Of a stretch of DNA of 64,000 nt, positions 37,623 through 56,161 are shown piece by piece; the stretch's first letter is position 1; each line of letters opens with the position of its first letter. Made by a program: the position numbers and the translations under genes. This DNA comes from Escherichia phage phiWec172. The notes under the pieces were generated by a model. It did not search any database. It had not been told where the DNA came from and saw nothing but the letters and a program-made list of their open reading frames with translations. The stretch lies in the sequence record LC739530.1; one strand, 5' to 3'.

Positions 37623-38134
37623 TGAGAGATTGTGGATTCACACATGAACAGTTAAAATCTTGGTTAGATTATGACCCCGAAACAGGGGTCTTAACATGGA
37701 TTGGTAGACCTCCACACAGTAGTAGGGTGGTTATTGGAAGCCAAGCCGGAGCAATTAAGCGCACAAGGTCTGGTGTGTATATGCACACACAGATTTTAGG
37801 ATACAGGACAGGCAATCACCGAATTGCTTGGTTCTGGATGACAGGCAAGTGGCCTGATAAGCAAATTGACCACAAAGATGGAGATGGTTTGAATAACGCT
37901 TGGGACAATCTAAGAGAGGCCACAAAAGAACAGAACATGTCTAATAGGAGACAACCTAGAACATCAAAAAACTTAAAAGGTACAAGTAGAAGTAAGTCTG
38001 GTAAGTGGAAAGCCCAGATTAACCATAATGGCAAGACTATACATATAGGGACATACACAACAGAAGAAGAAGCCCATAAAGCTTACTGTGAAGCTGCTAT
38101 TAAACTCCACGGAGAGTTTGCAAAACTAAGTTGA
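37619..38134 (+). CDS. HNH homing endonuclease with AP2 domain (free-standing, abutting polymerase exon 2)
   Basis: IDHKDGDGLNNAWDNLREATKEQN (HNH); GKWKAQINHNGKTIHIGTYTTEEEAHKAY (AP2); start overlaps polymerase stop (TGATG). Confidence 0.7.
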   Translation: MMRDCGFTHEQLKSWLDYDPETGVLTWIGRPPHSSRVVIGSQAGAIKRTRSGVYMHTQILGYRTGNHRIAWFWMTGKWPDKQIDHKDGDGLNNAWDNLREATKEQNMSNRRQPRTSKNLKGTSRSKSGKWKAQINHNGKTIHIGTYTTEEEAHKAYCEAAIKLHGEFAKLS

Positions 38135-38185
38135 CAAGGTGCTCAGGGAAGAGTACCTTATACTGTATCTTATATAGGAGGGCTT

Positions 38186-38395
38186 ATGAGCCATCGTGGA
38201 AGAACCCATGCAGCAATGATGAAAGGTGCTTCAAAGGAAACTATCAAGAACCGTAAGCAGAAGTTGTTTGAGAGAATGAACAGGTTAATTGACAATTCAT
38301 CTCTTTCTGGTTCTGAGAAGGTTTTCTTGAAAGGTAATCTGAAAAGCATTGCACAAGAACTTATTGACATTGAGTATTGGAGACATCAAAAATGA
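38186..38395 (+). CDS. hypothetical protein
   Basis: 69-aa ORF. Confidence 0.35.
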   Translation: MSHRGRTHAAMMKGASKETIKNRKQKLFERMNRLIDNSSLSGSEKVFLKGNLKSIAQELIDIEYWRHQK

Positions 38396-38610
38396 CACTT
38401 GCAGACGTTATTCAGCAACTTCACGACAATTGCTATACTCCAGAGTTGATTCAGGAGATGTGTATTGTAGTGATGCCTAGCAAGTTCGTAAAAGCCTTTA
38501 ACAGTGACACTTTAAGGTCTGCACACATTCTTATTGTTGAAGGGAAGATTGCAAAAGACCGTACTGGAGTCCTTAAGGGTGAACGTATTAATATTGACTT
38601 ATCCTTTTAA
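38377..38610 (+). CDS. hypothetical protein
   Basis: 77-aa ORF. Confidence 0.35.
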   Translation: METSKMTLADVIQQLHDNCYTPELIQEMCIVVMPSKFVKAFNSDTLRSAHILIVEGKIAKDRTGVLKGERINIDLSF

Positions 38611-38619
38611 GGGGAAACG

Positions 38620-38826
38620 ATGGAAGTCCTAGTAAACTATATCTATCGTTATGATGTTGTTCACTCCACTACAACCGTAGCTCAACGTAACCCAATCGTC
38701 CCACGAGAAGGTGAGTTTGTTCGCATTGATGGTTGTACTTACACTGTGGAAAGCATCATTCATAAGTTTGATGTTGCTGGCGATGTTCAAGTTATCGACG
38801 TAGAGATTGGTGGTAAGAGAAAATGA
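38620..38826 (+). CDS. hypothetical protein
   Basis: 68-aa ORF. Confidence 0.35.
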   Translation: MEVLVNYIYRYDVVHSTTTVAQRNPIVPREGEFVRIDGCTYTVESIIHKFDVAGDVQVIDVEIGGKRK

Positions 38827-39923
38827 CAACACTGTACAAACAAAATAAAGATGGTTCCTTCAACGTTTGGTCATGTGTTGCTGTAGGTGACAAAGTTATT
38901 ACAACCTACGGTAAAGAAAATGGCAAGATGATGTTTGAAGAGTATACAGCAGAACCGAAGAACATCGGTAAAAAGAATGAGCGTAATGCTGAACAGCAAG
39001 CTCTCTTTGAAGTTGCTGCTAAGTATAAAAAGCAAGTTGACCGTAAAGGTTATGCTTACACAAAAGAATCTGCACAGAATACTGAGAAGGTAGGTGTACA
39101 GCTTGCTCATGATGCTGCAAAGGTTAGTCATGCAAAGTATCTGAAGTTCCCTGCTGATGCTCAACCAAAACTTGATGGTGTCCGTTGTAGAATTTCAAGA
39201 GATACTGATTCAGTTAGTTTCACAGCTTATTCTCGTGAGAATACTGTTTACAACGTTCCAGCAGAACTAATCCCAGACTTACTTTTGTTGCTTAAATTAC
39301 ATCCGCAAGTTGAAGACTTTGATGGAGAGATTTATGCTCATGGTTGGGACTTAGAAGATATTGTGTCTATGATTAAGAATGCTGACAATCCAGACCGTCA
39401 CCTTCTTAAATTCTACTGGTATGATATCTGTGACAATTCAAAATCTTGGCCTGAGCGTCGTGAAGTTATTGATAGTTCACCTCTCGTTCAGCTTGGGGAT
39501 ACCTGTAGAGTGGTTCCTGTACAGACTATCCGTGTAAATTCTTGGGAAGAGTTTGATGAAGCTCATGATAAGTGGGTTGAAGCTAAGTTTGAAGGTGCAA
39601 TGTACCGTTCAATCTCTGAAGACTCCTTCTATGAGTGTTGTCACCGTTCATACTTCTTGATTAAGCACAAGAAGATGCACACTGAAGAGTTTAAAGTGAC
39701 TGGTGTAAAGACCGATAAGCGTGGTCATGGTAAGTTCGTTGTAGAGACTCTTCCTAACGTCTTTGTAGATGTCTCATGGAAGACTACTCATGAGAAGAAA
39801 CAGTATCTTGCTGAGCATCCTGAAGAGTTTATCGGGAAGCCTTTAACGGTTCAGTTCCAGAAGATGACTCGTAAGGGTTCTTTACAGTTCCCTGTTGGCC
39901 TAGTTATTAGGGATTACGAATAA
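38823..39923 (+). CDS. ATP-dependent DNA ligase
   Basis: Adenylation motif I KLDGVR; 366 aa; ATGA overlap with upstream ORF. Confidence 0.65.
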   Translation: MTTLYKQNKDGSFNVWSCVAVGDKVITTYGKENGKMMFEEYTAEPKNIGKKNERNAEQQALFEVAAKYKKQVDRKGYAYTKESAQNTEKVGVQLAHDAAKVSHAKYLKFPADAQPKLDGVRCRISRDTDSVSFTAYSRENTVYNVPAELIPDLLLLLKLHPQVEDFDGEIYAHGWDLEDIVSMIKNADNPDRHLLKFYWYDICDNSKSWPERREVIDSSPLVQLGDTCRVVPVQTIRVNSWEEFDEAHDKWVEAKFEGAMYRSISEDSFYECCHRSYFLIKHKKMHTEEFKVTGVKTDKRGHGKFVVETLPNVFVDVSWKTTHEKKQYLAEHPEEFIGKPLTVQFQKMTRKGSLQFPVGLVIRDYE

Positions 39924-39946
39924 AAAGTTGTTGACATAGAAAATTT

Positions 39947-39986
39947 GGTGAGTATGCTGAGCAGCATAAACCAACGGGTACTCACC
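39947..39986 (+). other. Large inverted repeat GGTGAGTA-24nt-TACTCACC with nested palindrome, downstream of ligase
   Basis: 8-bp perfect stem; inner TGCTGAGCAGCA palindrome; no U-run, so not a canonical terminator. Confidence 0.3.
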
Positions 39987-40205
39987 AGCATCACTTAAGA
40001 GTCTTCTAAGAGGGTTTTAAGTAATGTATTGCACGGTAAGGTGATGTGAAGTCTGGTCTGGCATGGTGTAGTCTGGTATGGAAGGATGGCAGTAGCCTTA
40101 TAAAAAATCTGCCAAATAAGCTATAAAGTCTGTTGACAAGTCAGGTGTTATAGCTTATTTTTATACTCAATGTAATACAAAATTTAATATAACTTTGAGG
40201 TCATT

Positions 40206-40589
40206 ATGAAAAAGATTTTATTAGCTGCTGCAATGGTTATGGCAATGAATTTACCAGTCAATGCAACAGAACTTCCAAATGTGGACTTGTCAGGTGTTCC
40301 AGAAGATACTTGCCAGATTGTAAAAGGTGTTGCTCTATCTAAAGGTGAGTTACTTAAACCAATCTCTGAAGAATCTTTGACAGAGATGACTGATAAGGTG
40401 ACTGACTACCAGTATCGCGTTCTTGCAGAGTATTTCCTGCAATCTGCAAATATTAAAGAGAAACACCATGATGATATTGATGTACAGGTTATGCTCAATC
40501 ATCGTATCCAGTTTAAAGAAGATTTGATGCAAAAAGCTATGTATGGTGTTGAGTATTTCTTAGAAAACAGAAGCTGCACAGGTATTTGA
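40206..40589 (+). CDS. Secreted or periplasmic hypothetical protein
   Basis: Signal-peptide-like N-terminus MKKILLAAAMVMAMNLPVNA; GAGG RBS. Confidence 0.45.
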   Translation: MKKILLAAAMVMAMNLPVNATELPNVDLSGVPEDTCQIVKGVALSKGELLKPISEESLTEMTDKVTDYQYRVLAEYFLQSANIKEKHHDDIDVQVMLNHRIQFKEDLMQKAMYGVEYFLENRSCTGI

Positions 40590-40590
40590 T

Positions 40591-40803
40591 ATGGCTCTTA
40601 AAAAGTTACATCCCAGAAGCGGTTATGGTAAGATAATTGACGATACAGACGGCTTTACAGTCTTTACAGTTATCTGTCAAGATGATTCACAGATTGAAAA
40701 GGTTCTTGATGATTATCTTAATGATGAACGTGAAAAGGTTAGGGCTACAAACATAGATTCATTGATTGACACTTCACGCAAACGGAAGAAGAAAGATGAA
40801 TGA
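40591..40803 (+). CDS. hypothetical protein
   Basis: 70-aa ORF. Confidence 0.35.
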   Translation: MALKKLHPRSGYGKIIDDTDGFTVFTVICQDDSQIEKVLDDYLNDEREKVRATNIDSLIDTSRKRKKKDE

Positions 40804-41095
40804 AGCTTTTGACCCTTATGCCCCACAAGATGATTGGGAGGCTGACAGAGAGGCTGAAATGGAGAGTTATATTTGTCCAATGGATGTAGACGAAATGAGG
40901 GACTTCGTTGCACATCGTTTTAAGAGAGAGATTAAATCCAGAGGTCTTTCTCAAGAGCAAGTCGCTAAAATTTGTGGTATCTCTCAGGCTCGTGTATCCA
41001 ACATAATCCACCTCACTGGGAATGTCTCTCTTGAGTATATGTTGGGAGTATGTGAAAAATTTGGTGTTAATTTTAATTTAAGGTTGGCAGATTAA
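40766..41095 (+). CDS. Putative helix-turn-helix DNA-binding protein
   Basis: SQEQVAKICGISQARVSNIIHLTGN resembles an HTH motif. Confidence 0.35.
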   Translation: MTLHANGRRKMNEAFDPYAPQDDWEADREAEMESYICPMDVDEMRDFVAHRFKREIKSRGLSQEQVAKICGISQARVSNIIHLTGNVSLEYMLGVCEKFGVNFNLRLAD

Positions 41096-41096
41096 T

Positions 41097-41456
41097 ATGA
41101 AACGTGAAAACATTATCCATTCTGAAAACTTCGCATTAGGCTTTTATGGCGTACCCACTCACCTTGAAAAGTATTATGGTGTGAAGATTCTTTCCAATCT
41201 CATTATGGCTTACAAAGATGGTAAGATTAAGCACACTGAGAAGAAACGTGTCATGGGTTATATGGCTGTAGGTTCAGCAATCTCGAACATTAAGTTGGAA
41301 ACAACTAGCAGTCAGATTGTAAAAGACCACTTCATCAAAGAGCTTTACCAAAATCTTGATGGTGTAGATGCTCAGGCTGTTTGGCTAGATGTTGATGGTC
41401 ACAACTACACAAGTTTCGTTTTCAAAAACGATGACATTAAGTGTCTGTTCCCATAA
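41097..41456 (+). CDS. hypothetical protein
   Basis: 119-aa ORF. Confidence 0.4.
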   Translation: MKRENIIHSENFALGFYGVPTHLEKYYGVKILSNLIMAYKDGKIKHTEKKRVMGYMAVGSAISNIKLETTSSQIVKDHFIKELYQNLDGVDAQAVWLDVDGHNYTSFVFKNDDIKCLFP

Positions 41457-41469
41457 TAGGTGATTAACG

Positions 41470-41985
41470 ATGATTGATATCTACTTACAAGATGCTCATG
41501 CAGATTTCCTTAAAGAGATGCTTAAAAAGTTTATGGCTTCACAGTATGAGAATGAAGCATCTTTTAAAATAGTTACATGTGGCGACGAAGCTGGTTTTGT
41601 TGAGATTGAACATGAAGGTACTGGAAAGACTGTTTGTAAGTTACCTGATAGTATGTTCTCTAATACATTCTTAACAAAGACTAGTATAAATGTTAAGCTT
41701 GTTCCTCAGATTGAAACATACTCTGGTACAGATTACCCTAAAGGTTTTAAGTCATTGATGAAGTACTTCTTAGATGACTTTGTGGGTAATCTTCTGAGGG
41801 AGGTAAAAGAAAGTCGTACAGTGTTAACTGTAGAGAACATTGGAGGAACTATCAGGGTCACTTCTGACTGTTTTGTTATGAGCCTCTTCGACTTCGTTCC
41901 TAAGAACTTTGATGGTATTCTGGATGAAGAAGATGACTGTGTAGACTTTATATTGGTTCTTGAGCCAGTTTTTGAGGTTAAATAG
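41470..41985 (+). CDS. hypothetical protein
   Basis: 171-aa ORF. Confidence 0.4.
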   Translation: MIDIYLQDAHADFLKEMLKKFMASQYENEASFKIVTCGDEAGFVEIEHEGTGKTVCKLPDSMFSNTFLTKTSINVKLVPQIETYSGTDYPKGFKSLMKYFLDDFVGNLLREVKESRTVLTVENIGGTIRVTSDCFVMSLFDFVPKNFDGILDEEDDCVDFILVLEPVFEVK

Positions 41986-42246
41986 ATGAAAATTGAACAC
42001 TGCTATGAGTCTGATGGAACACCTATCCGATGTCCACATTGTGGGTGTACAGACTTACAAGGTGAGGTAAGTGAAATAGTCAACGGTCATATTGCTGAAG
42101 AAAGTACCCGATGCACAGGGTGTAATGAAATTATCGCTTTCTGGGCTTATGGTTCATACCAACCCTCTCCACATTTTATCTACCATCGTAGTAAAGTTGT
42201 GAAGAGTGTCATCAACTGGTTCATTAAGAAAGGGTTTACAAAATGA
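41986..42246 (+). CDS. hypothetical zinc-ribbon protein
   Basis: CPHCGC ... CTGCNE cysteine pairs. Confidence 0.4.
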   Translation: MKIEHCYESDGTPIRCPHCGCTDLQGEVSEIVNGHIAEESTRCTGCNEIIAFWAYGSYQPSPHFIYHRSKVVKSVINWFIKKGFTK

Positions 42247-42788
42247 TTAAGCTAATATTTGCAAGTGGTGAAAACGGTGAATTTGGTACTCCAACTGGTA
42301 TGCCGTGGCCTCGACATAAACAGGACATGCAAGAGTTTAAGAGACTCACTAAAAACAACTTAGTAGTGATGGGGAATGAGACTTTCAAGACTCTGGGTAG
42401 TAAACCTTTACCAGAACGTGCAAACCTCATCTTAACAAACTCTGTACCATACTTAGGCATAGACTTTGGCAAAGATGAGGTAATGTATGCTAAGGCCAGC
42501 AAAGAATCCTTTGGAGCATTTTTGAAGTATCTTGATAGCTCTATTGATGAAGATGTCTTTGTAATTGGTGGTGCAGGTGTCCTTGTCAATGCTTTACCGT
42601 ATGCTGGTGTAGTTTTCCATACAGTTTTCCATAAAGTTACTGAAGAGGCCACTGTGCATTTACCTTTTGAAAACTTCTTTGAGAAGCTGTATGATAACCG
42701 TGTATTTACAAAGGTACAGTCAAAACCATCAGAGGATGGTAAAGCAACTTTTGAAATTTATGTTCCACAAGTAAAAGGACACTTTTGA
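42243..42788 (+). CDS. frd: Dihydrofolate reductase
   Basis: N-terminus IKLIFASGENGEFGTPTGMPWPRHKQDMQEFK typical of DHFR; directly upstream of thymidylate synthase. Confidence 0.7.
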   Translation: MIKLIFASGENGEFGTPTGMPWPRHKQDMQEFKRLTKNNLVVMGNETFKTLGSKPLPERANLILTNSVPYLGIDFGKDEVMYAKASKESFGAFLKYLDSSIDEDVFVIGGAGVLVNALPYAGVVFHTVFHKVTEEATVHLPFENFFEKLYDNRVFTKVQSKPSEDGKATFEIYVPQVKGHF

Positions 42789-42789
42789 T

Positions 42790-43689
42790 ATGTCACAAGC
42801 AGATTCAAGTTACAAAAATATCCTGAACCATGTTTTATCCGTTGGTGAACTGCGTACTACACGAACTGGAGATGTTATCTCTGCATTTGCTCCACCACAG
42901 TTTCGCTTTGATATGCGTACTGGTTTTCCACTCTTAACATCTAAACAGGTGTTTACACGGCAAGTTATTGGGGAAGCTTTATGGTTCCTGAATGGTGAGA
43001 ATAAACTTGGCGAACTCCGTTACCGTACTTGGGGTGAAAATGATGGAGAACGCTGGACTATCTGGTCAGATGATTTTAAACGCTGGTTAAGCTCTAATTA
43101 TTCTTCTGAACAAGATTGGTTAGAAGATGCAGGCGGGAGAATCTACGGTGTTCAGTGGAGAAACTTTGAAGGTCATAATGGTTGTGTTGTAGACCAGTTA
43201 GAGACCTTAGTAACGAAGATGAAGGGTGATATCACAGACCGTTACATGCTTGTTAATGCTTGGAATGCAGCAGATATTGCAGCAAACTCAATGGCTTTAG
43301 CACCTTGTCATGTTCTGTTTCAGATTTATATCACTAACGAGGGTGAAGTTGACTTACAATGGTATCAACGTTCTGTAGACACCTTTTTAGGACTTCCGTT
43401 TAACATTGCATCTTATGGTTTTATTCTGGAAGTTCTTTGCAAGATGACTGGATACACTCCACGATACTTGATAGGTGTCTTTGGGGATACTCAGATTTAT
43501 CAGAACCATATGAAGCAGGTTTATGAACTGATGAACAATAAAGAGTTCCATGCACCTACTTTTGAGATTGGTGTGCAGCTTAACACACTAAGTGACCTAA
43601 AACACCTTACTGCAAGTGATTTTATTGGTGGCATTAACAACTACCAACATGCAGGAAAGATTGAAGCACCTTTGTCAGTAGGTAAGTAG
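42790..43689 (+). CDS. td: Thymidylate synthase (ThyA-type), uninterrupted
   Basis: Motifs PPQFRFD, ALAPCHVLFQ (active-site Cys), FNIASYGF; 299 aa. Confidence 0.8.
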   Translation: MSQADSSYKNILNHVLSVGELRTTRTGDVISAFAPPQFRFDMRTGFPLLTSKQVFTRQVIGEALWFLNGENKLGELRYRTWGENDGERWTIWSDDFKRWLSSNYSSEQDWLEDAGGRIYGVQWRNFEGHNGCVVDQLETLVTKMKGDITDRYMLVNAWNAADIAANSMALAPCHVLFQIYITNEGEVDLQWYQRSVDTFLGLPFNIASYGFILEVLCKMTGYTPRYLIGVFGDTQIYQNHMKQVYELMNNKEFHAPTFEIGVQLNTLSDLKHLTASDFIGGINNYQHAGKIEAPLSVGK

Positions 43690-43696
43690 AAACAAA

Positions 43697-43722
43697 AAAG
43701 GCTCCCGTAAAAAGGAGCCTTA
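43697..43722. terminator. Bidirectional intrinsic terminator between convergent td and structural block
   Basis: AAGGCTCC-8nt-GGAGCCTT hairpin flanked by A-run upstream and T-run downstream. Confidence 0.55.
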
Positions 43723-43733
43723 AAATTTTATTT

Positions 43734-44099
43734 TCAGTGTTCTTTTGTGTTCTTCTCAGTAATAGCTTGGAGGGCTGATACTGATTGAGCCAGATTGTTC
43801 ACACTGTCAGAGAATTTGTCAAGAGTTTTGGTAAGTTTTGCGTTTTCACCCTTAACATTCTCTAACTGAACTTTCTGGTTCTCCATCCCTAGCTGAATCA
43901 GTCTCATGTCAGACTGTAAATCACGAATAGCTGAATAGTTACTTTTGGAATAATTATCTAGCTGCTGTAACTTTGTTGTGACAGACACTTCTTGCTTACC
44001 ACTTGAAACTTGCATCGTGGTATACATCCCAATAACACTAAAAATACCAACTACAATTGCACCAATATTATTTTTAAAAGCTTCCTCTAGCCACTTCAT
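43734..44099 (-). CDS. Membrane-anchored coiled-coil protein
   Basis: TM helix IGAIVVGIFSVIGMY then coiled-coil region. Confidence 0.4.
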   Translation of the reverse strand: MKWLEEAFKNNIGAIVVGIFSVIGMYTTMQVSSGKQEVSVTTKLQQLDNYSKSNYSAIRDLQSDMRLIQLGMENQKVQLENVKGENAKLTKTLDKFSDSVNNLAQSVSALQAITEKNTKEH

Positions 44100-44294
44100 T
44101 TATTTCTCCCCCTTAAAAGCTTTTTCTAAGTTATCTACGAACTCATCATCAATAGGTGTGTCTGTTTTACTCGCAAGGTATCTTGCAAGCTTAAAGAACA
44201 CTTTCTCAATCATGTATTCACTTAGAAGGGATAAAATGAGTTTCCAGAAGAAGCTACCTAGATTTTTTAGAAGAATTGCTAGGATTGTAGGCAT
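44100..44294 (-). CDS. hypothetical small protein
   Basis: 64-aa ORF. Confidence 0.35.
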   Translation of the reverse strand: MPTILAILLKNLGSFFWKLILSLLSEYMIEKVFFKLARYLASKTDTPIDDEFVDNLEKAFKGEK

Positions 44295-44373
44295 TTAATC
44301 ACCTCATCAGCCAAGATGGTGAGAATACCCATAAAGAATATTAACACCATCTTAACAATCAGTCAACAATGGA

Positions 44374-46908
44374 TTAAGCAGTTCTTACCCAAGCCATTAA
44401 CTTGTAGAACTGGTTAGTAACACTAAATGCTGAACCAGAACCTGTACCACCAGTGTCACCACTGACTGTGTGGTTGTGAGCACCAATACCTACAGAGTGG
44501 GAATGGTCGCCAGCACCGCTAGTCCAAAAAGAGAAAGTATGACTGTGGTTCCCTGACGCATAAGTTTCATGCCCACCATTCCTATATGATACAGCATATG
44601 ATGAAGTCCTATTACCACCAGTACCAGTACCGTTCCATGCCTCAACGTAGTGAGTATGCTCACCATTTGTGCTAGTAGAACCACTACCATAGTGAGCGTG
44701 ACCACCCGTAATGTTAGTTCCCTTCGTACCATAATCAAAAGATGAAGTGGTAGCAGAGAAACTATGAGTGTGTGAAGGTAAATTACCAACATCTAACGCC
44801 ACAGAATCTGAACCACCTGTTGTAGCAACATCTGAACCATTTGCTGCTGCAATTCTAATAGTCCTACCAACACCATTGTTAAGGTACGTCCAAGTTAGAC
44901 CAGGCAGTGCTGTATTAGGGTTAACATTACTGTTAAACCACGTCACAATACCTACTGGATAGATTTTGTTAAGGTCTGTAGAGTCACTAATTGCCTGTGC
45001 AATCTTCTGGTCAGTTTCACCTTTAGTGTATGCACCGATATCTGAAGGGCTTGGCTTCAAAATGCTAGTATAATAGTGAGCAATTGTCCCAGCAACATAG
45101 CCAGATGGAGAACTATCAGAAGTCTCTGGTGTCGCAAACAACTGGATTGTTGCATTATCTGATGACTGAACCCTAGCTGTCGTAGCGTTTTGATAACCAC
45201 CAACATTGCAATAAATGTCATAATTATCACCAGATGTATTGACATAACCAACTTGGTCTACAACACCATTTGGTGAGTTTTTCCATGCAACAACATTTAA
45301 TCCTTTTGGATTACCACTCCCTGTTCTAAGAACAATTTCTGTTTTACAGGCTTGGTCAATTAAGCCAAAGTTAAAACCAGACCCCCCAAACAGTTCAATC
45401 ACTGCTGTTGCTGTACCCTGCGGCATGCTGACAGTAGCAATCTTAGCCCATTTACCACCAGCATTCTTGTTAAAGTCAGTACTTCTGACTCTCAGATACC
45501 TATTATCAGCAGATGATTTGTTATAGTATCGGTCATCAATGTTAGTCCAATCAGAAGGTTGAACTTGACCAGTAATTGTGATGCTTTTGTTAAACTGAAT
45601 ATTATTTGCTCTTAGGGAGAGTTCGGTTCCTAATGCCATTTCACGGATAGTGAAGTTTCCAAATCCGTTATGTCCCATAAACCATTTTTTGTTATTTGAT
45701 GAGTCATAACCTTGTAAGAATAGTCCACCACTATCAGTCACCCCTTGTAATTTAAGACCTTCACCATCAACCATAATAACCTGACCTTGTGTGAAGGTAT
45801 TTTTGGTGTCAATCTTAGCAAGATTACTCAAAGTCCCTGCCGGAATGTATCTAGAGTCAATGTTAGTCCAATCAGAAGGTTGAACTTGACCAGTGATTCT
45901 TACATTCTTATTTAATGCTACGCCAGACGAGTTTAAGACAATAGAAGTGCCACCCTTGTAATCATAAAATGTGATATTATCATTTGCATCACCTTTACCA
46001 ATATACCACAGTTTATTGTTTTCAACGTCTTTTGCTAGGATGAACAAAGATTCATTAACAGCTTTATTTTTTAGCATGATAGCAGCAGCATTAGAGCTAA
46101 CACTAACATAGTTGCTGAAGGTGTTTAAACCACTGAAAGTATTATCCGCAGCTAACTGTGCAAATCTCTGATTAGCAACTGTCTGAGTAAAGTATCTAGC
46201 ATCTAAGTTAGAGAAGTCAGAAGGTTGAACTTGACCATTGACAGCAAGGGTTTTACTAATCTCGACACTTGTGCCTAGAGTGATGGTTGAACCTTGTTTA
46301 CTCTCGATTAGGAAATCACGGCTACCACTAATTAGATTTCCCATAGCCCAAACTTTTTCGTTGCTTGAATCTCTACCTACGATAGCAGAGAATGCACCAC
46401 TCCCACTGGTAGGGTTTATTAGCGTTAGCTGCTCTCCGTTTACTACAATAGTCTGCTGAGAGTTAAATGTGTTTCTAGCACCAAGCTTTGCATATCTTGC
46501 ATCATTCTCTTCATTAGTTCTCATGCCAAGTTCATTAGGACTTGGTTTATTCAAAGTATGATAAACAGTTGCTGACCTTGAAGCATCTGCAATAGTTAGT
46601 TTAAGACCATTTGCGTTGATTTTAAAAGTCTTTAAAACATCCCCAACAGTAATCTCAGAAGAGCCTGTAGGGTCGAATACAGCCTTACCACCATAAAGTA
46701 ACTTAACAATCCCTAAGTCACCCGTCATATTGCTACCAGCAATCTGAACAAATCTTTCTAGTTTAAAAGATGCTAAGAAGTCTTGATAGGTCATTCGACG
46801 GTCTTCATCACCCAGCATTTCAGGTCTCTTTTTAATTCTGACATGAAGAAGGTCATCTGAACGGATTGTATCGATTGAGTTTAATTCACTCAACTTGTAA
46901 TCTGCCAT
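44374..46908 (-). CDS. Tail fiber protein with three internal repeats and His-rich C-terminal domain
   Basis: Repeats (V/I)(N/T)GQVQPSD(F/W)(S/T)N(L/I)D.RY x3; C-terminal HxH clusters ([28 protein letters not shown]). Confidence 0.65.
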   Translation of the reverse strand: MADYKLSELNSIDTIRSDDLLHVRIKKRPEMLGDEDRRMTYQDFLASFKLERFVQIAGSNMTGDLGIVKLLYGGKAVFDPTGSSEITVGDVLKTFKINANGLKLTIADASRSATVYHTLNKPSPNELGMRTNEENDARYAKLGARNTFNSQQTIVVNGEQLTLINPTSGSGAFSAIVGRDSSNEKVWAMGNLISGSRDFLIESKQGSTITLGTSVEISKTLAVNGQVQPSDFSNLDARYFTQTVANQRFAQLAADNTFSGLNTFSNYVSVSSNAAAIMLKNKAVNESLFILAKDVENNKLWYIGKGDANDNITFYDYKGGTSIVLNSSGVALNKNVRITGQVQPSDWTNIDSRYIPAGTLSNLAKIDTKNTFTQGQVIMVDGEGLKLQGVTDSGGLFLQGYDSSNNKKWFMGHNGFGNFTIREMALGTELSLRANNIQFNKSITITGQVQPSDWTNIDDRYYNKSSADNRYLRVRSTDFNKNAGGKWAKIATVSMPQGTATAVIELFGGSGFNFGLIDQACKTEIVLRTGSGNPKGLNVVAWKNSPNGVVDQVGYVNTSGDNYDIYCNVGGYQNATTARVQSSDNATIQLFATPETSDSSPSGYVAGTIAHYYTSILKPSPSDIGAYTKGETDQKIAQAISDSTDLNKIYPVGIVTWFNSNVNPNTALPGLTWTYLNNGVGRTIRIAAANGSDVATTGGSDSVALDVGNLPSHTHSFSATTSSFDYGTKGTNITGGHAHYGSGSTSTNGEHTHYVEAWNGTGTGGNRTSSYAVSYRNGGHETYASGNHSHTFSFWTSGAGDHSHSVGIGAHNHTVSGDTGGTGSGSAFSVTNQFYKLMAWVRTA

Positions 46909-46954
46909 TATAAATTTTCCTCTAAAAAGGGGCTTTCAAACCCCTGTAAAGAAA

Positions 46955-48127
46955 TTAAGCTGTTCTCTGCCATACATACAGGACGAAGGATGGCTGCTCA
47001 ATATTAACCGCCTGACCTCCACCAACACTATTCGTATTGCCACTATGTGTATGCTCAGAAGAAGAAATTGCCACAGAGCCACTATGTGTATGTGAACCAA
47101 TACCGACTGTGTGGCTGTGAGCACCAATGCCAACTACGTGGCTGTGGTTACCAGATGCACCAGATGTAACGCTAAAACTGTGTGAGTGTGCACCGTCACT
47201 AGATGTCCTTGATGTTCTCCATGCACCACCACCATCAGAGTCAGCTACAGCATTACCAGTACCATCATTTTTTCTAGGGTACACATCATGGTTGTGTGTA
47301 CCATCTGTGCTTGTGTTACCTGATACGTTGTGTGTATGGTTACCTGTTGTATTAGTCTCTTTTGTTCCATAGTCGAAAGAGTTGGTAGCCTTAGTTCCAT
47401 AGTCAAAAGCTGAAATTGACACAGTTGCATTATGAGTGTGACCACCACCGCTAAGCGACACAGAGTGAGAATGCTGAGGCATATTATTAACTGATAAAGT
47501 GACAGTTGAAGCCCCAAATACAGAGCCTGCTGGTCTTGTATCAGAGTTATAACCAACCAATGCCCTACCCTTTGAAACTAACTCCCAAGTACCTCCACAA
47601 ATTAAGTATGTAGAAGGGTTTGCAGAGTTCATGGAAAGATGGATAGTACCTACTGGATAAGAAGCCTGAACAGCCTTGTACAAGTTATTTACTGCTCTTG
47701 CTGTAGCGTACTTATCTGCATCTTCGTTATAAAGGTTAGATACTGTCCAGTTCTGAACATTACTTAGACCAACCTGTGCCTTAGTTGTATTGTGTGGGTT
47801 GCTCTTGTCCTGAATATGCTGTTGAACAAGATTATTAACCTCTTCTGAAGACATAATCTGTAGATTTGCTCTTGCCTCAGCTACATTAATAATATCTGAT
47901 AAGTTATTTGCAGCAACTAACTGAAGAGCATTAATAACATTATCTAAACCAATTTGTGTTTTAGTAACACCATGAGGGTTATTTCTTAGGCTTGAGTGTG
48001 GAGCAAGTAATTGCTCAAGAGTGCATCTCTTATCCTCAATACCCTGTTTAAGATGGAAGATATCACTAAGGTCAATTGGTAAGGCTGCTTGAGGCAAGGC
48101 ACTAATTTGAATTTCACCTACTGCCAT
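46955..48127 (-). CDS. Second tail fiber protein sharing the His-rich C-terminal domain
   Basis: N-terminal NPHxxTKxQ(I/V)GL.NV repeats; C-terminal HxH clusters and ...VWQRTA end similar to 44374..46908. Confidence 0.6.
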   Translation of the reverse strand: MAVGEIQISALPQAALPIDLSDIFHLKQGIEDKRCTLEQLLAPHSSLRNNPHGVTKTQIGLDNVINALQLVAANNLSDIINVAEARANLQIMSSEEVNNLVQQHIQDKSNPHNTTKAQVGLSNVQNWTVSNLYNEDADKYATARAVNNLYKAVQASYPVGTIHLSMNSANPSTYLICGGTWELVSKGRALVGYNSDTRPAGSVFGASTVTLSVNNMPQHSHSVSLSGGGHTHNATVSISAFDYGTKATNSFDYGTKETNTTGNHTHNVSGNTSTDGTHNHDVYPRKNDGTGNAVADSDGGGAWRTSRTSSDGAHSHSFSVTSGASGNHSHVVGIGAHSHTVGIGSHTHSGSVAISSSEHTHSGNTNSVGGGQAVNIEQPSFVLYVWQRTA

Positions 48128-48129
48128 TA

Positions 48130-56160
<8,031 letters not shown>

Positions 56161-56161
<1 letters not shown>

